Positions 54,278 to 64,000 of a DNA stretch of 64,000 bases are shown piece by piece. Source of the stretch: Squalus acanthias. Its lineage: Eukaryota. The stretch spans positions 41,478,001 to 41,542,000 of the forward strand of contig CM059438.1 in the NCBI GenBank assembly GCA_030390025.1. Direction: 5' to 3'. The notes under the pieces are model-generated. The model did no database searches, had not been told where the DNA came from, and was given only the letters and a program-made list of their open reading frames with translations. Each line of letters begins with the position of its first letter. Positions within the stretch are counted from its first letter, which is position 1. A program made the translations under genes and the position numbers.

Positions 54278-57200
54278 TGTCTAAAGTCTGTCAGGTATTT
54301 CAAGTTTTATCTGTTCATTATTTGGTTTGATAAATGGAGGGGACCTATAAGAAGGTGTTCAGTATACTGACTAGCTATGTTCACTATTACTTTTAAAGAA
54401 TATCTTTAAAAGCTTTGCACATAGCATTTTGAGCTCTTGCATGTAAGCACTATTTCAGAACTGAAAACCTTTTACAAGAGGGTATGTGGTGCAGTTTTAT
54501 ATAGTTATGAAGAAAGGCTAAAAATTGGAAGTTTTTTTCATTGCAACAGAAAAAGATAAGGGGGAAACTAATAGAGGTTTTCAAAACCATAAAATAATGA
54601 AGGATTCAGTCACTGGTTGGCTAATTGGTGACGAGGGGAACACAGGTTCACAATTATCGGAATGAAGGGGGATGTTTATTGAGAACGTTTTTTAATATGA
54701 GGGTTATTAGAACATAGAATGCTTTGCCACAAATGACTATTTGGGCAGACAATGTAACAACATTAATATGTATTTGGAAAAAATGTAAAAGGGTATAGGA
54801 GAAGGGCTGGAAAATGCGTTTATAGTAGTTGGCACCACTTGAAGAGCTTGCACCAGCACAAGAGTGCTGTGATTTCAATGATTCAAAGTCCGTCATCAGC
54901 ACATTACTCGATTGGATCAGTGTTTAATTGAAATTTTATTTGGCAGCAGAAAAACTTTGACACCCCAGAAATTAAAAAAAATACAATTTAGCATGCTAAT
55001 ATTTGCGATTTGGCCCCCCCCGTAACAGTTAATCCTGGTGGTGAGCAAATCCTCACATATGGAATCATCCAGTTTCCTAAATTTTCACATTTCAATCCTG
55101 ATGGAAGAGATCAAATGACATTTTTGGTTTAAATAAACATTTTGTTTCTATTATAAAATTTAATTATGTTGTTGGTCATTTCAAATGTGGCCTATTGCAA
55201 GTCTCTATTGAGTCTCCAGAAGAAATAACTGGTTTTGTGTATATACAGGTTAAAATATATATAGAATAGAGGTAGCTGGGAATGAATTCCAAGGCTGTAA
55301 TGAAATTAAAGTGTTCATATGGAGTCCTAAACTTCAAGAACAGAGTGTGACACAAAAAGCAGGAATTTCTGTCTTCTGTGATCTTAATGGAATAAGATAA
55401 ATCCATATTAAAAATGGCACCAGCCAACTGTATCTCTGGTACATCTGTATGAAATGTCTTTTGTTCTGTGGTAAAGTTAGTCTGTGGATGGCCAATACAT
55501 GTGACTGGCTGGAGGGATTTGGCCCATGTCAACTTATTCAATGTGAATATCTGTCCTAAATATTTTTGGTGGTGATTCATATCTCTGTCTAGCTGCTCAA
55601 AGCACAGCCCATTATCTTGTTTTCTCATGGAACCCTCTGCAGGATTACGTTATATAAATTCATTTTGGTGTTGGTAGTCTAAAAAATGTATTTCCTCTTT
55701 TGTCTCTTTTTAAAAAAAAGTCTGGCTAGAAGGATGTGAGCACTACCGAAAGGAGACATGGTTTCTAGGCTATTCTCCCATTGGTTGGCTAAGGTGCTTT
55801 AATTGTTGATCCTTTTGATTGCCTGATTGTGACAAAGAAAAAGTTTGAAATTCAGAGGAAAATAATCCAGTTTTCTAGTGGCCTTCATGTTTTTATTTTC
55901 TGCATCTCTATTTGTAAAGGCGACTCCATAAAATATGTATATACCATCATAGACTGTGTGTTTAGAAGAACTTACTGTCGGGAGCTATTAAAACTATGGA
56001 CACTGTCCTTTAAATAATCAACTCAGTTTGCATATAGTGTAAATTGGATTATATTGTATGGTATCTTACTGATCTTTCTGCTTCTGTATAGTGTTATCTG
56101 TAAATAAATCTGAACAGTAGTTTTAGCCTGTACACAGTGGTCTAGCAGTGTAGTATTTCCTGCTCTGAGGTGACAGGAGAACATGGTTGATATCCCACAG
56201 CAGCAGTTTAATCACAATTCAGAGTTAATTGTTAGACCTGAGTTTATACAAAACAGAAAATAAAGACACAGGTTGTGGCTTATGGGAGACTCGGTCTGCT
56301 TATTGAAACTGTTACTGGACTATAAACATGAGCAAAAGTATGTGTAAAAGGTGGAAGGGAAAGGTAATACAGGGAATACAACAAATTGCAGTCAGTACAT
56401 GTTTACAAATTAATCCTGCAACCTAGAGAACATATCCATTCTTGTCAATGTCTGTTTTGGACCAGAGGTAGAAAATTACTCAATAGGAGATTCTGTCTAA
56501 GTCATCAGAAGACCTAAAAATAGGTTGTATTGCACCAATAGGAAAATGATACAATTAGAAATTGCCCTGGGCTTTCCTTCAGCATTTTCCCAACATGTTT
56601 CTAATGCACTGAAAAATGTGAAAATGTATCTTGATTTTTGTCACCACTTTGTGAATTTGAACCCTGCAGTAGAAATTTGCTGGAGAAACAGCAGGGTTAT
56701 ATCCACTAGCAAATCATCTGTGGCATTGCTCACAGTCAGTGGAAGAATGCACAATAAGGATGTTATACCATGTAACCCTATGTATTACACAGTAGAGCTG
56801 ATCTGTGCCATTGTTCTTGGAGAAAAATAAAACAAATTGTCTTCTGCAATTGTCTCGATCTTTCCTACTCTAATTCATCTGTGCCACTGTCTTTCACTCT
56901 TTTCCTTTCATTGTGTCTATTTATTTGCCTATGATTCTCCCTCTCTGTGTAACTCCTTCACCATCTTTTCTCTGTCTTCTATATTTCTTTCATTCTTTTG
57001 TGGCGCTCATGTTCCTTTACCCAAGTACCCTATTTTTGTGTCTTGCCCTTTTTAAAGCTTAGGATATCGAACGAGAGTGGGCAAAATGTATGATAAATCA
57101 GGCAATGAGAGAGAAAATTGAGAATGGGATCTCAAGCTGGCAAAAATAGGAAGTGAATGGGTGGGAGGCAGTGGGATGAGCCTAGGAGAGAGTGTTGCCC

Positions 57201-57509
57201 TTAAGTAGCTGTGGGGAATGGGGTCTGGAAGACTTGAGATCTACAGCTTGGAAGCACTCACTAGGGCTGGGCTTTTGTGAATGGGGAACGTGGGAGAGAA
57301 ATAAAATGGACTTGTGACACTAAAGGGTGTGGTGTGGGGTCTGTCAGTACTCCATGGATGGGAAGGTACTGGGTGCACTATAGGGTACTGAGGTTACGAA
57401 CCCTCAGGTGTAGGCTAAGGTATGGGACACTGATGGGATCTGGGGTTGACTGGTATTTTGGAAGGAGAGTCCTTCAGATTTTGCAGCACTGCGGATGACT
57501 AATGGCGGT

Positions 57510-58300
57510 TTGATGGGTGAGGTGATAGTGATGGGGTTTGATGGTGTTGGGCCAGGTGATGGTGTTGGGTGAGTTGATGGCATTGGGCCAGGTGATGGGG
57601 GTTTGATGGTGTTGGGTGAGTTGATGGCGTTGGGCCAGGTGATGGGGGTTTGATGGTGTTGGGCCAGGTGATGGGGGTTTGATGGCGTTGGGCCAGGTGA
57701 TGGGGGTTTGATGGTGTTGGGTGAGTTGATGGCGTTGGGCCAGGTGATGGGGGTTTGATGGCATTGGGCCAGGTGATGGGGGTTTGCTGGCATTGGGCCA
57801 GGTGATGGGAGTTGATGGCGTTGGGCAGGTGATGGGGGTTTGATGGCGTTGGGCCAGGTGATGGGGGTTTGATGGCGTTGGGTGAGTTGATGGCGTTGGG
57901 CCAGGTGATGGGGGGTTGATGGCGTTGGGCCAGGTGATGGGGGTTTGATGGCGTTGGGCCAGGTGATGGGGTTTGATGGTGTTGGGCCAGGTGATGGGGG
58001 TTTGATGGCGTTGGGCCAGGTGATGGGGGTTTGATGGCGTTGGGCCAGGTGATGGGGGTTTGATGGCGTTGGGTGAGTTGATGGCGTTGGGCCAGGTGAT
58101 GGGGGTTTGATGGTGTTGGGTGAGTTGATGGCGTTGGGCCAGGTGATGGGGGTTTGATGGCGTTGGGCCAGGTGATGGGGGTTTGATGGCGTTGGGCCAG
58201 GTGATGGGGGTTTGATGGCGTTGGGCCAGGTGATGGGGGTTTGATGGTGTTGGGTGAGTTGATGGCATTGGGCCAGGTGATGGGGGTTTGATGGTGTTGG
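57510..58300. repeat. G-rich minisatellite, ~29-bp unit GGGCCAGGTGATGGGGGTTTGATGGYGTT with 18-bp variant GGGTGAGTTGATGGCGTT
   Basis: Directly visible tandem array. Confidence 0.95.
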
Positions 58301-58939
58301 AGGTTTTCATAGAAATCATAGAAATGTACAGCACAGAAGTAGACTATTCGACCTATTGTGCCTGTGCCCGCTCTTTGAAAGAACAGTCGTGCTTAGTCCC
58401 ACATTCCCGCTTTTTGTCCATAACCCTGTAAGTTCCTCAATGATGAGTGGTTGTCCTTTGTTGACTTGTTCATTTGCAGAAGATAAAAATAAATTTGTTA
58501 CTCCCCCCCCCCCCCCCCCTATTAATACAAATTTGGATCTATTGGAGAAATGTAATTATTACCCTACAAGACTCGTGGCTGCCTGCCAAAAGATGATCTA
58601 AAATAGTGCTTAACTATCTAGAGGTCCAAGGTATGTTTCCAGCCGACTGTCACCTAAATCTGCCAACGCTTGCATTTCTGAACAGTTCCATCAGTTGTGT
58701 AGTAATAGGTGATGATAATAGTTGTGAAGCCCCATGAGAAGTGGTGGTGAGGTATATTTTATAAACTATTTGCACAGGGAGCAGCAATCTAACAAACTCC
58801 ATTCTGTTGGTTAGTTATGCCAGTGCTGGAGATAACTAAAGTACAGCCCTTTTGTCCTGGTGAAGGACTGAGGAGAACTGGAATGAATAAGCAAAGGAAA
58901 CAAAGTGGAGGCTATATATCAATAATTTAAAAAAAGTAA

Positions 58940-59390
58940 GAACTTAAATCTATATGACGCCTTTCACATCCTCAGGATGTCCCAAAGTGTTTCACAGCCA
59001 ATGAAGTACTTTTGAAGTGTAGTCACTGTTGTAATGTAGGAAATGAGGCAGCCAATTTGCGCACAGCAAGGTTCCATAAACAGCAATGCGATTATGACCA
59101 GATAATATGTTTTTTTTTAAAACTGATGTTGTTTAAGGGATAAATATTGGACAGGACACTGGGAAGCACTCCCCTGTTCTTCAAAATAGGACCATGGGAT
59201 CTTTTACATCCACCTGAGAGGGCAGATAGGGCCTTGGTTTAACGCCTCATCCAAAATACAGCACTTCCGACAGTGCAGCATTCCCTCAGCACTGGAGTGT
59301 CAGCCTAGATTTTGAGCTCATGGCTCTGAAATTGGACTCGAACCTGTGACCTTCTGACTCAGAGGTGAGAACGCTACCACTGAGCCAGCC
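58940..59390 (-). mobile_element. Deu-domain SINE (SacSINE1-like)
   Basis: Same structure as 29370-29822. Confidence 0.85.
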
Positions 59391-59584
59391 ACAGGTAACG
59401 CTCAAAGGACAGCCAGGTAGCTATAGTGACAGACCATTGGACTCCCATTCCAGTCACCTCTAATAATTTACCAGTTTACCAATCCATCATTGACTTTGAA
59501 GAGTTTAAAACAGCCATAGTAGTACATAGAATTTTACATCACAGAAACAGGTCATTCGGCCCAACTGGTCCATGTTTATGATAA

Positions 59585-59677
59585 AAACAAAATGCTGGAA
59601 ATACTCAACAGGTCAGGCAGCATCTGTGGAGAGAAAAACAGTTAATGTTTCAGGTCAATGACCCTTCATCAGAACTT
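59585..59677 (-). mobile_element. Penelope-like terminus with hammerhead motif
   Basis: Minus strand AGTT-CTGATGA-AGGGTC-ATT-GACCT-GAAA-CATT-AACT. Confidence 0.65.
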
Positions 59678-59679
59678 TT

Positions 59680-60935
59680 GTGGTGTTGGACGAGGTTATG
59701 AGGGTTTGATGGTGATGGGGGTTTGATGGTGTTGGGTGAAGTGATGGGGGTTTGGTGGTGTTGGGCGAGGTGATGGGGGTTTGATGGTGTTGGGTGAGGT
59801 GATGGGGGTTTGATGGTGTTGGGAGAGGTGATGGGGTTTGATGGGGTTGGGTGAGGTGATGGGGGTTTGATGGTGTTGGGTGAAGTGATGGGGGTTTGGT
59901 GGTGTTGGGTGAAGTGATGGGGGTTTGATGGTGTTGGGTGAAGTGATGGGGGTTTGATGGTGTTGGGAGAAGTGATGGGGTTTGATGGTGTTGGACGAAG
60001 TGATGGGGGTTTGGTGGTGTTGGCTGAGGTGATGGGGGTTTGATGGTGTTGGGTGAAGTGATGGGGGTTTGGTGGTGCTGGTTAAGGTGATGGGGGTTTG
60101 ATGGTGATGGGTTGAGGTGATGGGGGTTTGATGGTGATGGGTTGAGGTGATGGGGGTTTGATGGTGTTGGGTGAGGTGATGGGGGTTTGATGGTGATGGG
60201 TTGAGGTGATGGGGGTTTGATGGTGTTGGTTGAGGTGATGGGGGTTTGATGGTGCTGGTTAAGGTGATGGGGGTTTGATGGTGTTGGGTGAGGTGATGGG
60301 GTTTGATGGTGATGGGTTGAGGTGATAGGTGTTTGGTGGAGTTGGTTGAGGTGATGGGGGTTTGGTGGTGTTGGGTGAAGTGATGGGGGTTTGATGGTGT
60401 TGGTTGAGGTGATGGGGGTTTGGTGGTGTTTGGTGAAGTGATGGGGGTTTGATGGTGATGGGTTGAGGTGATGAGGGTTTGAAGGTGTTGGGTGAGGTGA
60501 TGGGGGTTTGGTGGTGTTGGGTGAAGTGATGGGGGTTTGATGGTGATGGGTTGAGGTGATGAGGGTTTGAAGGTGTTGGGTGAGGTGATGGGGGTTTGAT
60601 GGCAATGGGCGATGAGCTGGTGATGGGGATTGATGGTGTTGAGCAAGGTGCTGATGGGGTTTGATGGTGTTGGGCGAGGTGCTGGTGATGGGGGTTTGAT
60701 GGTGTTGGGGTTTGATGGTGTTGGGCGAGGTGCTGGTGATGGGGTTTGATGGTGTTGGGTGAGGTGCTGGTGATGGGCGAGATTCTGGTGTTGGGCGAGG
60801 TGCTGGTGATGGGGTTTGATGGTGTTGGGCGAGGTGCTGGTGATGGGGGTTTGATGGTGTTGGGCGAGGTGCTGATGGGGTTTGATGGTGTTGGGCGAGG
60901 TGCTGGTGTTGGGATTTGCTGGTGATGGGGTTTGG
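59680..60935. repeat. G-rich minisatellite, ~29-bp unit GGGTGARGTGATGGGGGTTTGRTGGTGTT, shifting to a ~34-bp variant after ~60600
   Basis: Directly visible tandem array related to 57510-58300. Confidence 0.95.
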
Positions 60936-62169
60936 CGATGCTGGAATTAACGAGCTGTTCAGCCAGGGGAAGACACACCGCAGCTACCCAGTCCCTGAGA
61001 AAGTGGCTGTGGCCATCGCAGGACGGGACTGTGATTGCGGTTGCCCAGTCTCCATCGAACTTCTGAATCCATTCGGATTATCACATTTATGGAAACGCAA
61101 CATCCCTTTTCTTGGAGGCAAAGTGGTTACAATGATGGATTTTTACGGCGCTTCTCTGAATTATCAGAACGCTGAGGCATTTCGGTCCCAGGGGCAGAAC
61201 AAAAACTCCCTTTGGGGATTTTCAAAACCGCTTGGGTTGTGAAATTGATACCGAGCCCTGAATGAAACCTCTGCAGGTCAGATGGGGATCCGACCTCAGA
61301 ACTCGGGGAGAACATCCCCGAAAGATGAAAGCGAGTCCACTCTGCTCCATCGTCCGGCAGGCTGGCCTGGGTGTCTCTGGGCGGTTGCTGGTCTATTTTG
61401 GGACTTGTAACTAACCAGTCGATACACGGGGCCCTGGGTGAGGAAGTGAAAATGATAACAACACGGGGTTGTTTGAAATGCCTTGAGTAATGTGTCTGGG
61501 AACAGTTGTGTGAATGTTAAACTGTTTGCATGAGAAACAACTCCACTTATTTGGTTTGAATATATTTTTTGTGCTCATTAAAAAGCTGCGATTTGTCAGT
61601 GCAAGAGATCATTTTTCTACTGTTTCCACCCAGTGTCAGTATCAACTCTGCCACACAAGGTTACAGAAGCAGACAGATTGCAGGTGAATCCTCCCTCTGC
61701 TCTGCCGAATGAATATTTAAACACTAGGCTTAATGTTAACAGCGGGGCTGTTCCATTTCCTACACTGGAGAATCTCCAGGCTTCTCTGAGTCAAGTTACC
61801 AGTTGACGTGAAGCTGGGTAGGTTTTATCCCAGTGCGCTTACGCGTCCATCAAACCCCGCTCTCTCTCTCTCTCTCTCAAGATCCTTTTATCCATCAGAG
61901 GGAAGGACATCAATCCAATGCACCAAAGATGAAGGCATCTTGTCCTAACCCTCTGCGTTAGCGAGTTCCAGTACTGGTTTTACTTTTAATCTTTTTTTGT
62001 TTAGTTGCATATGGATTCGAGTTGTCTCTTTTTTTAAGGAAAATTCTCACAAAACACTTTTATGCATTTGTGTATTTTTATTACACCATCATCATGTTTC
62101 ACTTCCCTTCCCATTTTTCTCCTGCTGAGGGCCAATGGAAATATCTGCATCTCCACAGTTGTTGGCCAA

Positions 62170-62990
62170 TAAGAACATATGAAATAGGAGCAGGAGTCGG
62201 CCATTTGGCCCTTCGAGCCTGCTCTGCCATTCAATAAGATCATGGCTGATCTTCTACCTCATCTCCACTTTCCTGCACTATCCCCATATCCCTTGATTCC
62301 CTTAATATTCAAAAATCTATCGATCTTGTCTTGAATATACTCAACGGCAGAGCCTCCACAGCCCTCTGGGGTAGAGAATTCCAAAGATTCACCACCCTCT
62401 GAGTGAAGAAATTTCTCCTCATCTCAGTCCTAAATGGCCTACCCCTTATTCTGAGACTGTGACCCCTGGTTCTAGACTCCCCAGCCAGAGGAAACATCCT
62501 CCCTGCATCTACCCTGTCAAGCCCTGTAAGAATTTTGTATGTTTCAATGAGATCACCTTTCATTCTTCTAAACTCTAGAGAATATAGGCCTAGTCTACTC
62601 AATCTGTTCTCATAGGACAATCCCCCCATCCCAGAAACCAGTCTGGTGAACCTTCGTTGCACTCCCTCTATGCCAAGTATATCCTTCCTTAGGTAAGGAG
62701 ACCAAAACTGTACACAATACTTCAGGTGTTTTCTCACCAATGCCCTATATAATTGCAGTAAGACATCTTTACTCTTATATTCAAATCCTCTTGTAATAAA
62801 GGCCAACATACCATTTGCTTTCCTAATTGCTTGTTGTACCTGCATGTTAACTTTCAGTGATTCGTGTACAAGGACACCCAGGTCCCTCTGAACACCAACA
62901 TTTCCCAATCTCTCACCATTTAAAAAAAATGCTCTGTTTTTCTATTTTTCCCACCATAGTGGATAACTTCACATTACTCCACATTATATT
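62170..62990 (-). mobile_element. CR1 LINE 3' fragment
   Basis: QRDLGVLVHESLK...LYRALVR.HL.YCVQFWSP...RRNFFTQRVVNLWNSLPQ plus ataagaacat tail. Confidence 0.92.
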
Positions 62991-63944
62991 CCAATGCTGT
63001 ATCATGACTATCCATCAGGTGGCGCACTGTAACTGGGGTCACCTGGATAATGCAGCATCGGGTTTGTCTGCAACCTAACATGGAATGGCCTTCGAGTTAC
63101 ATGGCATTGCAATTAGCAACTTAGGAAGGAACTGGTGTCGGTGTCACTGTCACAGCTGGATTTCCAGGAGTCCCAGGACTCTCTCATTTCTGGTTGTGAC
63201 TCACTTTTTACAAGCGAGTATGTACCCATCTATTCAAAAATGATGAAAGAGCAACTTGTAGGTATTGCGACTTTGAAAGTTAATGTCACCGAATTCTGTC
63301 ATCAGTGGTCCCAGATGCTCCTTAAAAAGAAAAAAATCAGAAAGACTTTACTGCATTAATTCCATTATTCCCAAGAATTTAGGGTGATTCAGACTCATTC
63401 TAGCTCTCTGATGTATAAACAATATGATCATGTGTGAAAGATTAAAAATGGGTCACATACATCATCTATTATTGGGCTTGTAGGACAGACACAGTCAAGC
63501 TTCAGTGGTTTGAAGGACACTTGCTTTTCCTGTTCAAAGGGAAATGACTTAATTTATGGTTGGCTGACTAAAACTATATCTAACGGGGGATTTCAGGGCT
63601 TTGGCTTGCAAGGGACCCTGCTAGACATGGTAGCTCAGATGGGACAAGCCTGAATTACATGTCATCTCAAGACCTGGTTTTTACTGGTGCATCTGACCAA
63701 AAATAAAATGAGGTAACACTTTTAAATATTTATGCTGAGTTGTTGCTCTTTAAAATCTACCCCTTTCCACACAAAAGGTGCAGTTGGCAGCATTGCTTTT
63801 CCATAGACTAACCTGGGCTTAGATTCAAGAGAGGACAAGTAGCAGTTCACAGTGATTTAATTCATTTTTGGTGCAACATGATTTGTGCTAGTCCCCAGTT
63901 AAACCATCTGTTTACTGAAGCACATAAAATGTGAAGATTTATTT

Positions 63945-64000
63945 GGCCCAGATTTTCCTGTCAAAATAACGGTGAGGCTAATGGCGCCCACCGTTATTTA
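63945..64000. mobile_element. Left end of another GGCCCAGA-type MITE
   Basis: Starts GGCCCAGATTTT like the 48750 element; internal hairpin AAATAACGGTG...CACCGTTATTT. Confidence 0.5.

Noticed and set aside
57510-60935. CRISPR-like array
   Set aside because: No unique spacers, eukaryotic context, no cas genes.
57404-60978. Long Pro/His/Thr-rich minus-strand ORFs (up to 316 aa)
   Set aside because: By-product of the C-rich minisatellite strand lacking stops; the 29-bp unit is not a codon multiple and several frames are open.
54300-64000. 3' exons of PAPSS2, the neighbour expected from human synteny
   Set aside because: No PAPSS-like peptide recognised on the minus strand; probably beyond the window.

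Overview
Vertebrate genomic DNA, very likely a shark (cartilaginous fish), judged from HE1/V-SINE, Deu-domain SacSINE1-like SINEs, CR1, L2, Tx1 and Penelope content. The window holds the head-to-head PTEN/ATAD1 locus. On the minus strand are PTEN coding exon 1 (4072-3994), its long GC-rich leader/promoter and a U12-type intron 1 that runs off the left edge. On the plus strand is a complete ATAD1 (Thorase/Msp1 AAA+ ATPase): a non-coding exon 1 near 22.5 kb plus 9 coding exons (25504-53635, 365 aa). The rest is intronic or intergenic, dense in transposon relics, with two G-rich minisatellites at 57.5-60.9 kb. Most notable: a uORF-rich PTEN leader with an apparently human-identical MMEV micro-uORF but no possible PTEN-Long extension; a decayed envelope-like coding relic beside the PTEN promoter; three hammerhead-ribozyme motifs in Penelope ends; a tandem Tx1 LINE fragment abutting the ATAD1 promoter; and a SINE inserted into an ATAD1 branch-point zone. 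I found no clear novel multi-gene system. All comparisons with human or other reference sequences are from memory and need alignment.
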